From a virus (lineage: Duplodnaviria; Caudoviricetes): a DNA stretch of 64,000 bases. Where the stretch lies: positions 1-64,000 of the IMG/VR virus record IMGVR_UViG_3300014204_000116; one strand, written 5' to 3'. The notes beneath the pieces are model-generated. The model made no database searches, was not told the DNA's origin, and saw nothing but the letters and a program-made list of their open reading frames with translations. Numbering within the stretch: the first letter of the stretch is position 1; the number at the start of each line of letters is the position of its first letter. Shown here piece by piece: positions 48,016 to 58,786 of this stretch. The position numbers and the translations under genes were made by a program.

Positions 48016-51000
48016 ATGTCGCTCCAAAACCTTAAGGAATCGTACCTGTACAACTTACTCCCGGCTGGAGTACTGGACATGGATGAGAACGGCCTTCTTG
48101 CAGCAGTTATAGGCGGCGTGCAAGACCGTTTGGGCGATCTGCGCTCATATGTCAGGAAATACGAGCTTTTCTTCGACACGACGGGGCTGGCGAACAAGAA
48201 CACGGTTGTCCTTGTCACATTCAGTACTGACTACGGCAAAGTTGTAACCAGATCCCTGGACATTCAGAATGATACCCCGTCTGTGGCCGGGGCAAGCCTC
48301 ACAGCATGGGCGGCTGAGCAGATGGATATCGATCAATCTCTCATCACGTCGTGCGTTTTTGGAGAGGATCTTCTGCGCTATGTCGATATCAACACGCTTC
48401 AGTATATCGCGGCCAGCGTAGGTGCGATTCTGTACGCTACCTCTGCCCAGTCTGGCACGGAGCAGTTGAATCAGCAACGAATCCTTGATAGCTATTTTCC
48501 TCGCCTTAAAGTAAAAGGCACAGTCCAGTCATTCGATGTCCTTGGCCGACTGCTAGGCTTCGATGACGTGCAGATCATTCCGTTATGGGGGCGTCTGAGC
48601 CCGAGAATTTCTAACGATTTTGGCAATCCTGCCAATGACGCAGATTTTGCACATTCTCCCCAGTATCAGCCACAGCAGGTAATCGGCGTTGCATACAATC
48701 CGTATTCAATGCGGGATGGGCCGTTCTACGCATGGTCGGGTACTGTTAGCGCCGACGAGTCTCTTGATTACTACTACCCAGAGGCGATCAACGGACGTCA
48801 GCCTTGGGTAAAAGTGTCGGTAACAGGCACCGTGGTGCATCCTGCCATTGGCCAAGTGGTTACTCTCGGAGGGGGCGGGCCGCATGTCAAAGCCTACGCC
48901 TTACTCGATTCGAACGGTCTTAAATTCGAGGCTGTTGGCGAAGGTGATAGCTTCAACGGCCTCCAGGTTGAATTTTCGGACTGGAACTCCGGTACTTCTC
49001 GAATCGTATCCATAGTGGATCGGCTGTCAGCGATCAAGTATCGCACGAGCTATTTTGACTCGGTTGTGACACTGACAGATGCAAGGGCTATCGAGCAATT
49101 TGGAACAGTGGCTGCAAAGCGGAGTGCAGACCTGGCCAGCATTCCAACGCTCGACAGCGATGGCACTGCATTGCCTCCCTATAGGCCTTGGTACTCTGGT
49201 AGCACTAAGGTGGATGTCGTCTACAACGACTATACCTACAAGGTCCAGGACGGGCCAATGCAGCTCGTTCCGAGCGATCCCAGGCTCCAGGCCACATCTT
49301 CCCAGACTCAGTTCAACGTGTCTGACATGCAGAGCGCGGCGGTTCAGTATGTCCAGGCTATTGAGGAAGTAAAGCCCGCGACTCGCTTACCTCGAAGAGT
49401 TAGCATAGGGTGGCTAAACAGGGATCAGGCGGCTTACGCTGCCTACTTGGAAGAGAGCCTGCTAGCTACACTCAGCGGGACAAGCGCTGAGGGTGTGGCC
49501 AGTGCCATAGGAAAGCCCTACATTGTAAACTTTACCATTGATTACGCAGGGACAGTGACAGAAGTACCTGCGGAGTATAATCCTGTATCCAGTGGAAGTT
49601 TGGTCAATTTTGTACTCCCGTCCGTAGTGTCTGGGACTTACAATCGTTCAACTGACTACTTCAAGATAGTGCCCATCGCTCCCGGCAGCATGTCCGTCTA
49701 CGCGAATTGGACCCCAGGCTCGACAGAAGTCATACGCTCATACGCTGGTACCGATGTTCTAACAGGATATCAGAGTCGTCCCGAGAGCGAAGCGGGCACT
49801 GCGACACCTTTTGAAACTGTAGACGAATTCCCCTGGCGCACAGAAGTTGTAAACGGGGGTGATCTTGTCGAGGTTAAGGGGTACGCGGTTTCCGTGGTGG
49901 CCGAATATGGCAAGCTCTCGGTGCAGAGTATGGTGGCAGTAAAGGATCAGACCGGCATGGACTACAACCTTTTTGGAGTTCCATCCACGGTTAAGCCATT
50001 CAAGATGGTTTTGGAGGCGAGGCCTACTGATTCAACCTACCAACCAGGGCAGTTGGCCATAGGTTACAGCAAAGGTTTTAAGAGCCTGGATGATATCCCG
50101 GCCAGTGACTTTAAGCTGCCGGGCCGATACTCCACTGACCTGGATGTCTATTTCCTGCCAGGATCACAGCTTTTCCACGTGGGCTTAGCCCAGGGCGTGC
50201 TGGTCGCGGATTTGCCGAAGTTTTTCGGCCCGCACCACCGTGATGGGCTGGTGGGCTGGCTTCCACTAAACGAGCACCCCGATGAAGGCGCAGTGGCTTT
50301 TGATCGTTCGTCCACGGCAACTACGCAGACGGTCAAGGGCTTCGAGCTGACTGGAAGCTTTGCAGACAGAAAATGGAGTGATGAACGCGGATGGTATTTG
50401 GACGTCAACAGGGGCGGAACGGTAGCCACGAGTGATCATCGCCAGCTTAAAACGGATTATACGCTGTCGATGTGGATCATGCCAGAGGGCACAGTATCGA
50501 CGACGGGCACCCTGCCAATATTTCAGCATGGCCCAGTTAAGCTAGACCTGCCTGATGACAAAAACGCGCTCATTCTCAGCGTGTTCAACACAGCGGGCAC
50601 TCATGAGCAAATTGCTTCAATTCCAGTCTCTCAAGGCACCTGGAACAATATCGTAGTTGGCCTGGATGATTGCTACACCTACTACGGGGCTGCCTTGCTC
50701 TCTGGGTCATTAGCCCTCGCGCCAAAGGCCAGCGCATATGAGTTTCAGAGCTTTGACGAAGTCGGCGATGCGATGATTGTAAGTTATGGTTCAAATCGTG
50801 GGTATGGCATCCAGGACATTCGCATATGGAGTGAGCTGAAGGATCAATCCGACGTAGATAAGATCCATCAGCACAACCCCACACCGACGATTTGCACGTA
50901 TTGGCCTGCTAACATTCTAATTGCCGGAACCGGTGACCGCTATGGAATGAAAGTCACCCCGTCTGGGTTTGTCTACCTCGACAAGATGCCGCCTGCGGTT

Positions 51001-52260
51001 CGCATGAATCAGCTCGCGCGCATTGTTTGCTACAATAGCATGGGTCGATACCAGGGGGAAGAACGACGGAAAGAAGTCGGACTTGGGGGAGGAACAACAC
51101 TGCCTAGCGTCTACGTGTTGGGCCAGCGGGGCTACAGCTTGTTTTCGACCGGAACTGCCGTGGTATCTACGGCCACGGGCGCGCTGCCTGGGTACAATGC
51201 CCTGTGGAACAGTGTCCAAAGTGGTACCATGACACTTGATCCGATGCAGAGCACTAATCCATGCCGCAGCACCATCTGGATCTCAGGCACCGATAATAGA
51301 GTTTACGAAGTCTATTTGGTCAGCTCGGGCACAGCCAACGCCCAGCTCTACGGGACATTACCCGCCGCTCCAACCGGGGCCAGCGTGCTTTTGTCAGACG
51401 GCGTGTTAAAGCTCGCGTGTGCCACGAATGGAAATGTATTCCAGACCTCGGGGACTGGGATCAATACCCCGCCTTTGTTCATGTATCTTAACTCCAGGGT
51501 GACTGATAATGCTACCCAGGCGTATTCTCAGTGGACTGGCCGGGATACACCCACCGCTTTTGGCAATAAGCAATCGCCTCCTGTGGCAGCCCTGGACAAA
51601 GCGGGGCAGCTTGAGTTCGAGTGCACGAGCACACTCTACCCTGGCAATTATCGGCTGACGATTACGTCGGGAAATATTGGAAAGGTCGATGAAGACTTCG
51701 ACGGATTTTCTGTAGAAATTAGCGTTGATACCCTTCTTTTGACAGGGCGTCTATGCCAGGGAAAGTCCGGTGCGGATTTTACTGCCACGGATATCTTTGA
51801 ATTTCAGGTCACGGAGGCCATTCCAGCCAACTGGTTCATGACAGTAAACTGGCTGAACGCTTACTCTAATCTGTCAAAAGGCGTGGCAAGAAAGCTTCGG
51901 ATTGATAGCTACAAGGTTGAGTGGATTCGCTCGGAATTGTTCAAAGTTGAAATGACTGGCACAAGTGGTCAACCACCGGCAATTACTGCGCAGGATACGA
52001 CTCAGTTTGATCCTGCGGTAGGCGGTGGCTGGCTGGCAACTATAAACAGCTACGGCACAGTTTGCCAGTGGAGGCATGAATCCCAGGTGTATCCGTCAAA
52101 CGATACTGTAGTATCGGTGGTGCCCTTATCTGATTTGCTGACTAGCAATACGTTGGATCGCAAAGATGACCAGATCATTACTTCATTTGCAGGTAACGAT
52201 GTTCTGGTGGAAGAAGCTGTCCCCGCGATGCCCGTATTTAGCACACCAACAGTAACATGA
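48016..52260 (+). CDS. Large baseplate-wedge / tail protein with LamG-like domain
   Basis: 1414 aa; N-terminal LYNLLP....D..L..IA..VG..KGT..S...LG (gp7/gpI-like); YTLSMWI.P..W.NIV..IQDIRIW (LamG). Confidence 0.75.
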   Translation: MSLQNLKESYLYNLLPAGVLDMDENGLLAAVIGGVQDRLGDLRSYVRKYELFFDTTGLANKNTVVLVTFSTDYGKVVTRSLDIQNDTPSVAGASLTAWAAEQMDIDQSLITSCVFGEDLLRYVDINTLQYIAASVGAILYATSAQSGTEQLNQQRILDSYFPRLKVKGTVQSFDVLGRLLGFDDVQIIPLWGRLSPRISNDFGNPANDADFAHSPQYQPQQVIGVAYNPYSMRDGPFYAWSGTVSADESLDYYYPEAINGRQPWVKVSVTGTVVHPAIGQVVTLGGGGPHVKAYALLDSNGLKFEAVGEGDSFNGLQVEFSDWNSGTSRIVSIVDRLSAIKYRTSYFDSVVTLTDARAIEQFGTVAAKRSADLASIPTLDSDGTALPPYRPWYSGSTKVDVVYNDYTYKVQDGPMQLVPSDPRLQATSSQTQFNVSDMQSAAVQYVQAIEEVKPATRLPRRVSIGWLNRDQAAYAAYLEESLLATLSGTSAEGVASAIGKPYIVNFTIDYAGTVTEVPAEYNPVSSGSLVNFVLPSVVSGTYNRSTDYFKIVPIAPGSMSVYANWTPGSTEVIRSYAGTDVLTGYQSRPESEAGTATPFETVDEFPWRTEVVNGGDLVEVKGYAVSVVAEYGKLSVQSMVAVKDQTGMDYNLFGVPSTVKPFKMVLEARPTDSTYQPGQLAIGYSKGFKSLDDIPASDFKLPGRYSTDLDVYFLPGSQLFHVGLAQGVLVADLPKFFGPHHRDGLVGWLPLNEHPDEGAVAFDRSSTATTQTVKGFELTGSFADRKWSDERGWYLDVNRGGTVATSDHRQLKTDYTLSMWIMPEGTVSTTGTLPIFQHGPVKLDLPDDKNALILSVFNTAGTHEQIASIPVSQGTWNNIVVGLDDCYTYYGAALLSGSLALAPKASAYEFQSFDEVGDAMIVSYGSNRGYGIQDIRIWSELKDQSDVDKIHQHNPTPTICTYWPANILIAGTGDRYGMKVTPSGFVYLDKMPPAVRMNQLARIVCYNSMGRYQGEERRKEVGLGGGTTLPSVYVLGQRGYSLFSTGTAVVSTATGALPGYNALWNSVQSGTMTLDPMQSTNPCRSTIWISGTDNRVYEVYLVSSGTANAQLYGTLPAAPTGASVLLSDGVLKLACATNGNVFQTSGTGINTPPLFMYLNSRVTDNATQAYSQWTGRDTPTAFGNKQSPPVAALDKAGQLEFECTSTLYPGNYRLTITSGNIGKVDEDFDGFSVEISVDTLLLTGRLCQGKSGADFTATDIFEFQVTEAIPANWFMTVNWLNAYSNLSKGVARKLRIDSYKVEWIRSELFKVEMTGTSGQPPAITAQDTTQFDPAVGGGWLATINSYGTVCQWRHESQVYPSNDTVVSVVPLSDLLTSNTLDRKDDQIITSFAGNDVLVEEAVPAMPVFSTPTVT

Positions 52261-53435
52261 ACGTAGGAGACGTAAAAACATTCACCCTCCCAGGCACGTT
52301 GACTTCAGATATGAGGTACGTGTGGAAATGGTGGGATGGCCAGACGGATTGCACCACGGTCAACAGCATAAATAAGTCGTTGAACATGGGCGGAAATCCG
52401 TCCGATGGTTTTCTTCTGCGCTATACGGTGACGCCTGTTGATCCTCTCGGGCAATCAGCAGAGTATTCAGGTAATTTCGTGGCTAACAACCCTCCACAGA
52501 TCGTGGTGGGATCGGCGCGCCTATCTCAAAACGGGCAACAGGTAAACTTTGACACGACTGCGTCCGTAGACGTTTATGACCTGGAGGGGCAGCAGCTCAG
52601 CTATGCGTGGACGTCAGATGGCGTGTTTTTAGGCCATGGCACTGCAACGCCCATCGGTTTGATTCCTGGCACTTACTCGGGCACCTACTGCGGTCTGTTC
52701 TGGGGCACGCGCGTTTCTCTGGACTATACCGTCGAGCATATAGTCACGCTTGGCCTTAACGTTACCGATGCCTTAGGAGGAGAGACGGAAATAGAGTTTC
52801 CGCTCTACGGATACAGACTTGCAGATGCGGCCTATGCTCCAGTCGCATCTCCTCTGACACAGACCGATGAATCGTCCAGCCTCCCGATAGTCACAATCGG
52901 AGAGCCCGCTGTATTTTCGGTGTACGCCGCTACGCCTGTGGCAACAACGCGCTTTTCGTGGGTATTCTCGGGCACTAATGGATGGGCCTCCCCGACGTCC
53001 TCTGAAGGCGTGGCTAATACCCTGCCAGACGGATCTGTGCAGAGCACGGTAGTGAAGTCAACGATCAGCGAAGTGCCTGGGCACAAAATCGCAGAAGTTG
53101 ACGTTATTGACATAACGCATGATACGAGGGCACACATCGAAATTCCAATTGAGCTAGTGCTGAATGAATCACCAATAATCGATTCTACGGAATTTCTTCC
53201 TGCGGCTCCTGTAGCCGGGAATTGGGTAAAGTTTAGCGTGAACTACATTGATCCTAACGCGGACATCGCTACAGTCATTTGGAATTTTACTTCCCCGAGC
53301 GTGGTTCTTTATGGCAGGACAGTATGGGTTGATACCCTCGGGATGTCCTCTGGAAATGTCGTAGTCGGCACTTGCACAGTCTATGATCGGTTTAATGCCA
53401 CAGACTCTGAGGCTATCAGCGTTACGCTGGCATGA
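52257..53435 (+). CDS. PKD/Ig-repeat virion protein
   Basis: Repeated N.PP.I..D.EG..LSY.W and DPN.D....W.F modules. Confidence 0.7.
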   Translation: MNVGDVKTFTLPGTLTSDMRYVWKWWDGQTDCTTVNSINKSLNMGGNPSDGFLLRYTVTPVDPLGQSAEYSGNFVANNPPQIVVGSARLSQNGQQVNFDTTASVDVYDLEGQQLSYAWTSDGVFLGHGTATPIGLIPGTYSGTYCGLFWGTRVSLDYTVEHIVTLGLNVTDALGGETEIEFPLYGYRLADAAYAPVASPLTQTDESSSLPIVTIGEPAVFSVYAATPVATTRFSWVFSGTNGWASPTSSEGVANTLPDGSVQSTVVKSTISEVPGHKIAEVDVIDITHDTRAHIEIPIELVLNESPIIDSTEFLPAAPVAGNWVKFSVNYIDPNADIATVIWNFTSPSVVLYGRTVWVDTLGMSSGNVVVGTCTVYDRFNATDSEAISVTLA

Positions 53436-53532
53436 CCGTATTATTACGGATACGGTTTTTCTATATTTTTCGTTGTGCTCCACTCTCAGGCCTGCTAAAG
53501 TAGGGCACGATGAAAACATCCTGGACCTCAAG

Positions 53533-53700
53533 ATGATCATTTCTACCGTGGTAACTGCGACCTCGATGCTGGCCGTTTTAATACTGGCCGCGCTCTTTGT
53601 CCAGTCGAATGATCCACGGGATATGCTCCTAGGGTGGTTTGTCCTGGTGGTCTATGCTGGCGTTGGAATTCGCCGTTGGACCACGCGGCATGAGGAATAA
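53533..53700 (+). CDS. Small protein with two predicted TM helices
   Basis: Two hydrophobic stretches and a basic C-terminus. Confidence 0.45.
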   Translation: MIISTVVTATSMLAVLILAALFVQSNDPRDMLLGWFVLVVYAGVGIRRWTTRHEE

Positions 53701-53708
53701 ACAAGACT

Positions 53709-53978
53709 ATGCAAGACGAAGCTTACTACAGCAGCAAATATCCCACCGTTCCACACCCGGTATTGACCAGCGTAATCGCTTACGTCAATCAGCACCGGGC
53801 AGTCGGCGGTTTCGTTCGATCCGTCCTGGAGAATGACCTCCAGCGGGCGCTTGGCAGCGCGGACGGTCGTAGTCTGGTGGCCTTGCGTGAAATAGCCAAA
53901 TTCGTATATTACGAAGTACCCAGTAATTGCTGTGGCAGCTCAAAAGCTGTTGCTGAGTGGCTAGGAGATCGGAGCTAA
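53709..53978 (+). CDS. Conserved-looking phage hypothetical protein
   Basis: GGF.RSVLENDL..A...AD...L.......P..C.GS..V..WL pattern. Confidence 0.7.
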   Translation: MQDEAYYSSKYPTVPHPVLTSVIAYVNQHRAVGGFVRSVLENDLQRALGSADGRSLVALREIAKFVYYEVPSNCCGSSKAVAEWLGDRS

Positions 53979-53982
53979 AACT

Positions 53983-54477
53983 ATGAGCAAGACGGCTAAT
54001 GTGCAAAAGTCTAAGGGCACCCCGTGGTCGATAGGATACTATGACCGGCACAAGGGCATTGAGCGCGATTTGATCCCGTATTCCAGTCCACGCTCACGAA
54101 GTCTGTGGCTGGATGGCTGGGACAGCGCTGATGCGGAAATAATAGTTGAGAAAGGTGCACGGGATTATAAAGAGCTGGGGGTAGGCACCATTTTGGACAA
54201 CAGCATTGGCTGTGGTACGACCCTTTTCTACCAGGTTACCTGCCGCAAGGGCGACTTGATTACGGTCAGAAGGCTTAAGAGCCATTACTTAAATCACAAC
54301 CGGAAATCCCAAACGTGCGACGTGCTACCTCTTAGAGACCAGTTCGCCGGGGATGAGGAGGAAAAGAAGCTCCGGCTGAAGATCGGACATCGCGGAAAAT
54401 TGCAGATTGGCCCCATCAAACGCATGATCTGGTGGGGAATTTGGGACGGTAAGCCCAGTGCTCAGTGGTCAGCTTAA
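53983..54477 (+). CDS. Hypothetical protein with Rmf/CrpP-like N-terminal motif
   Basis: GY....G.....PY.....R..WL.GW..A. Confidence 0.6.
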   Translation: MSKTANVQKSKGTPWSIGYYDRHKGIERDLIPYSSPRSRSLWLDGWDSADAEIIVEKGARDYKELGVGTILDNSIGCGTTLFYQVTCRKGDLITVRRLKSHYLNHNRKSQTCDVLPLRDQFAGDEEEKKLRLKIGHRGKLQIGPIKRMIWWGIWDGKPSAQWSA

Positions 54478-54489
54478 CAGATTACAATT

Positions 54490-54975
54490 ATGAAATTAAC
54501 ACCAGGACAGATCAAAGCTCTAATTATGCTTCACAACGCAAGTGCAACAGGCACGACCAGCCTAGTGCTACCCCAGTTGCCCGAGTGGTGGGAAAAGCAC
54601 ACTCCAGTTTCCATGCAGAGCTTTGCTGCTCTCGAATCTAAGGGCTTGGCCAAGATCTACCGGCATCGCACGTGTGCTTTAACCCAGAAAGGGAAATTCG
54701 AGATTTATCGGCAGAGCCGCCCCGAAGAATGCGGTGTGCCTGCGCCTAAAATTCGCCCAAATACATCGCAACCTGGCCCAAAGTCGCCGGGGGACGATGA
54801 GTCCGAATCATGGAATCCTCCCCCGCCTCCACACATGTCCAATGAGATGACATTTCCTGTGTATCTCACCGAGTCGGAGATCAATTTTCTCACGAGGTTG
54901 CTGACTCGCACAGAGAGCATGAGGGACAAAAGCAGGATACGCCGGATTCAGGATAAGTTGGAATCCGCAGGCTGA
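54490..54975 (+). CDS. Hypothetical protein, possible winged helix
   Basis: MKLTPGQ..AL...LESKGL.....LT.KG pattern. Confidence 0.55.
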   Translation: MKLTPGQIKALIMLHNASATGTTSLVLPQLPEWWEKHTPVSMQSFAALESKGLAKIYRHRTCALTQKGKFEIYRQSRPEECGVPAPKIRPNTSQPGPKSPGDDESESWNPPPPPHMSNEMTFPVYLTESEINFLTRLLTRTESMRDKSRIRRIQDKLESAG

Positions 54976-55467
54976 GCATATGAAAGGATAAGGCATGATT
55001 CGGCGCTGTATTCCATATTTACAGCCTTAAAACGCTGTTGGATAAGTAGCCTAAAAGGATAAGACATGATTTGGGAAATTGCGCACAATAGCTGGTGGTG
55101 TTACGATTGCCTTTGGCTGAATGAGCAAGTAACGGAAAATAATGCTTACTTCATAGCCACCTGGATGCCTCCGGTCAAGGCTCACGAGTGCGTGCCTAAT
55201 AGCCTGGCGATTGAACAACGGGCCATAAGCACGCCCAGGAAGCCGCGACCGATATTTCAACCGTGCTGGTCGGCGCGCAGATGGAAGAGCAAAACATGAA
55301 AAAGATATGGCACAAGCTGGTACAGTGGTTGTTCGGGCCTACCCAGGCCGAGGTTGAGGACTATAGGCGTCGGTTTCCACGGCGCTGTATGGTGTGCTCA
55401 TTCCACGCCTGGGGATACTCGAATGGCTTGACTGATGACCCCAGTCCACCTTCACATACCCACGAAA

Positions 55468-56166
55468 ATGAGTAATGACCTGGAAGCACTGTATGTCGAT
55501 ATGCGAAAGGGAGTCGAACTGATCCCTCGGAGGCGCGTCGAAACCGTTTGGGATAGGCTCAAGGCTCCCCTCCGCATCGGCCAGCGAGTATGGTGGTATT
55601 TTCAGGAGGATGCCAAGCTTGCGCGGAAGAGCGGTTTAAAGCCCCAAGATTGTGCCAGGTACAGTGGTATAATCATACCACAGCCTGGGTGCGACTGCCG
55701 AAGTCAAATGGAGCCGGAGGATGCTATCGTTGTCCACGATTGGTATCCCTTCGAAAAGCACCATTCTAGTGTGCAGTATACTACCTTGATCCGACTTCTT
55801 TTGGCTCCTGGCCTAGTGGAAATCTTTTTGCGTGGCCATAACCAGAATCCAGCCGAAATCCACTTGGCCGAAATTAACCCCAGGTTCAAATATGATTGTG
55901 GTCACTGCAAGGTCAATTGGTGCTGCGGGGAGCTTTGTGCTTGTGAAAATAAGTCTCTGTCCAAAGACTGGATCAAAACTCCACTTAGCCGCCAGCGCCA
56001 AGTCGTAAGATGGCAGGCCGAGCAACAAAAGTATTTCTATTTGCCAGACGCACCCGACAAATTCGAAAAATACACGGCGTTAAAAGCGCGCGTGCTGAAG
56101 TCACGCCAGAAGTGGTACGCGAAGCATCCAGAATTTCCATCATATGAAAATCATCAAAAGGGGTAA
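55468..56166 (+). CDS. Cys-rich hypothetical protein
   Basis: CGHCKVNWCCGELCAC cluster. Confidence 0.6.
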   Translation: MSNDLEALYVDMRKGVELIPRRRVETVWDRLKAPLRIGQRVWWYFQEDAKLARKSGLKPQDCARYSGIIIPQPGCDCRSQMEPEDAIVVHDWYPFEKHHSSVQYTTLIRLLLAPGLVEIFLRGHNQNPAEIHLAEINPRFKYDCGHCKVNWCCGELCACENKSLSKDWIKTPLSRQRQVVRWQAEQQKYFYLPDAPDKFEKYTALKARVLKSRQKWYAKHPEFPSYENHQKG

Positions 56167-56419
56167 ATTACCAAAGCCAAAATACGAATTCCGATTCGAG
56201 TGCTCTCACTGCGGGTTGATCGCCGTAGCTCTTCACGAAGAGGTTAAATTTGTGGAGGATCGCGGGGTGGATCACCCGACCTTAAACTGCCCAACGCAGG
56301 GGTGTGGTCACGTTGTCTATGGTAAGGCCATCGACAAAATATGGATTAGCCAGGTTATGGCGGATATCAAAAGTAATCATGGCAAAGTGCCAAGTTGGGT
56401 AAAGCTCGTGGATGTTTAA
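56144..56419 (+). CDS. Small zinc-ribbon protein
   Basis: CSHCG...CPTQGCG. Confidence 0.6.
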   Translation: MKIIKRGKLPKPKYEFRFECSHCGLIAVALHEEVKFVEDRGVDHPTLNCPTQGCGHVVYGKAIDKIWISQVMADIKSNHGKVPSWVKLVDV

Positions 56420-56468
56420 TGCCCACTGGAGTCCGTACAACTACCGGTAGGGTTTTCTATCTTTTTTA

Positions 56469-56496
56469 TTGCATTCAAATCCCCATTTGATAGTAT
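56469..56496 (+). promoter_or_regulatory. Sigma70-like early promoter, probably leaderless
   Basis: TTGCAT-N16-TAGTAT; ATG 6 nt downstream. Confidence 0.55.
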
Positions 56497-56502
56497 TGGG
56501 GC

Positions 56503-57162
56503 ATGAGAAACGCATACGCTGCTGCTGATCACGTCGAATACTGCCGTCTCTGTGGTGCTGAAATCGTTCGTATGACCTATGCCAATGGCCAGCCTTATTA
56601 TACGGACGTTGTCATTGGCCCAAATGGCCAAAAGCGGGTTATCACTGGCTCGGGCAACCACCTTAACTGGAAGCGATCCCATGACTGCGTCGGGGAGGCC
56701 AAGCGCGTGTGGGAAGAAAGCGTCAGAAATCTCGAACGGTATACCCAGGAATTGGAAACACTCCGGCAGTCTGTCGCCGCCTATCGCACTCTCAGAGATG
56801 CTCCTGCGCCAACCACGCCTGCGCTGATCGAGACGGTTAAATCCTTGATGAGCAGCCTGTCCCAGGTGGAGGCGCAACTGGCTGAGAAGGAGAAGTCTGT
56901 TGCACAGTATCAGCCTTATGTCGCCCAGTTCAGGGCCAACTACGATAAGCTCGCTTCCGGCGTATCCATCATCCCCGAGTCTGCGGTGCAAGTCGGAAAG
57001 ACGGTTAAAGTGGTTAAGGGCCGCAAAGTTCCCGTTGGCACAGTTGGGCGTGTTTTTTGGATGGGGGAAGACCAATACAGGGAAGGCCAGATGCGCGTTG
57101 GTATAGCCACGGCAGACGGATCAAAGCACTATACCGCCGCCACCAATGTGGAGGTTTTATGA
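56503..57162 (+). CDS. Hypothetical protein: zinc finger, coiled coil, KOW/SH3-like C-terminus
   Basis: CRLCG..HDC; VGKTVKVVKGRKVPVGTVG.VFW.G. Confidence 0.7.
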   Translation: MRNAYAAADHVEYCRLCGAEIVRMTYANGQPYYTDVVIGPNGQKRVITGSGNHLNWKRSHDCVGEAKRVWEESVRNLERYTQELETLRQSVAAYRTLRDAPAPTTPALIETVKSLMSSLSQVEAQLAEKEKSVAQYQPYVAQFRANYDKLASGVSIIPESAVQVGKTVKVVKGRKVPVGTVGRVFWMGEDQYREGQMRVGIATADGSKHYTAATNVEVL

Positions 57163-57321
57163 TGCAACTGAAAAGCCGTTGATCGGCGCGAACCAATCAA
57201 CGGCTGTTTTCTCCGCTAACGAGACAAGCGGAGATTGGCGGATGGGACCACCCTAAACCACGCATTAAATTGGTGCAGGAAAGTCCTGCTGTCAACATCT
57301 GAAATTTCTGAAATAAAATCG

Positions 57322-57350
57322 TTGACACCCTGCAACTAATTTGATAGATT
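57322..57350 (+). promoter_or_regulatory. Sigma70-like early promoter
   Basis: TTGACA-N17-TAGATT with an extended TG. Confidence 0.7.
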
Positions 57351-57374
57351 ACACAAATAATAAAAGCTAAGCAT

Positions 57375-58274
57375 ATGGACAGCAAGGATAATAATAAAAC
57401 GGCAGCTATTGCAACGGCCAACGAGATTGGTCAGCGCTTTCAAAAGGTGCTAACGGCGGCTGGTTTCAGCCTCGAAGTCCGTGGAAAACCTGGCGAGGAC
57501 AACTCGCCGCATAGCGTTTGGATATCATTTCCCCAGCACAGCGATAGCTGGAGAGAACGTGCCAGCATTAAGATTCAGGGAAAATGGCGATTTAAGGGAT
57601 CAACAATGGAGTACAGCCCCTTGCTGGAATTGCGCACAAATAAGCGCATAGGCTCTACGTGCAGAATGCGCAAATACACCAACTTGAGTGACGCCAACAT
57701 CCAAAAGATCTGCCGTGAGATGTTGAAGCGAGTTGAGCAATACGCTGAATCCCGGCAGCAGGAGAAGCAGGTTCAGCAAGAGCAGGACGAGCTGAAAGCG
57801 CTTCGCCGAGAGATTTTAAAAGGCCTTGTTGTACCTCCAGCCATGTCCGTGCACATCGTTCAAGAGACAGATGCGTGGACCGGGGATAAATCCTCCAGGT
57901 TTTCCCTCGAATTCAAGACCTATGGAACTCCTTCCCTTCGGGATATGAGGTTTAACCGCGAGCAATTGGGCGCTATTTGCGCGGGGTTTAGAAAAGCCCT
58001 GGGGCTGGATACGGCTTACGTAATCCGAGTTGAGCCCGAGATCGCCGGGGTGGATAATAAAGGGCCAAAACCACGCACTTATCGTGGAGTCGGGTGTACG
58101 ATGACAACCCGCTATGTCAGCGAGGCCCACATATATGCCACGGAGATCGAAGCCAACAACGCTTTAAAAGAATTGCCAGATGCTTACCTTACGAACGCCA
58201 AGGTCGTGCGTTACGCCGACGAGTTTCTCAGCGATCCCACAGGCCAACTTTTGGATGCCTGGGTAAGAGGGTAG
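57375..58274 (+). CDS. Hypothetical early protein
   Basis: 299-aa ORF behind the promoter. Confidence 0.65.
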   Translation: MDSKDNNKTAAIATANEIGQRFQKVLTAAGFSLEVRGKPGEDNSPHSVWISFPQHSDSWRERASIKIQGKWRFKGSTMEYSPLLELRTNKRIGSTCRMRKYTNLSDANIQKICREMLKRVEQYAESRQQEKQVQQEQDELKALRREILKGLVVPPAMSVHIVQETDAWTGDKSSRFSLEFKTYGTPSLRDMRFNREQLGAICAGFRKALGLDTAYVIRVEPEIAGVDNKGPKPRTYRGVGCTMTTRYVSEAHIYATEIEANNALKELPDAYLTNAKVVRYADEFLSDPTGQLLDAWVRG

Positions 58275-58286
58275 AAGGGCTAATTT

Positions 58287-58730
58287 ATGAGCAGAACACG
58301 AAAACCAAAACCAGTAGATCCTCCCGAACAATTGGGATGCCCGTGGTGTGGGGAGAGTTTCATCACTGCTGCGCTAAAGCGCAAAGCGGGCATAACTGTA
58401 TCGGCGCGCTTGGTCTGTTTTACATGCCGGGCACAGGGGCCGATAGCACCGACATTGGCCGAGGCATGCCTAAAGTGGGATACGCGTGTTTCGACTGCTA
58501 CGGATTCCCACAAGGTCAGCAATGAGCACAACGAACATCATGAATGTAGCACAGCGAATGGCACTGTTAGAGCGGAAAATGAACAACCGATCACCCAAGG
58601 CGTCCAAGCGTCTACAACACAGCCTGGCAGCTCTACAGTGGGATCTCCTGTTCAACTGCCTGGGGGAAAAAGATCAGTCCCTGGTGAGGAACCGGACGCA
58701 TCCATGCCTAAGCCATTCCCCCAAGCGTAA
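58287..58730 (+). CDS. Lar-like (restriction alleviation) zinc-finger protein
   Basis: CPWCG..VC..C.A.GP...A...W..R N-terminal domain. Confidence 0.55.
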   Translation: MSRTRKPKPVDPPEQLGCPWCGESFITAALKRKAGITVSARLVCFTCRAQGPIAPTLAEACLKWDTRVSTATDSHKVSNEHNEHHECSTANGTVRAENEQPITQGVQASTTQPGSSTVGSPVQLPGGKRSVPGEEPDASMPKPFPQA

Positions 58731-58786
58731 CTGACAATTTTCCTGACGCTACACGGAAATCGTGGCATATTCACAGGCGCACAAAT

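Noticed and set aside
57275-57289. RNase P-like 'AGGAAAGTCC'
   Set aside because: It is part of a local hairpin; there is no matching 3' P4 strand or sufficient length.
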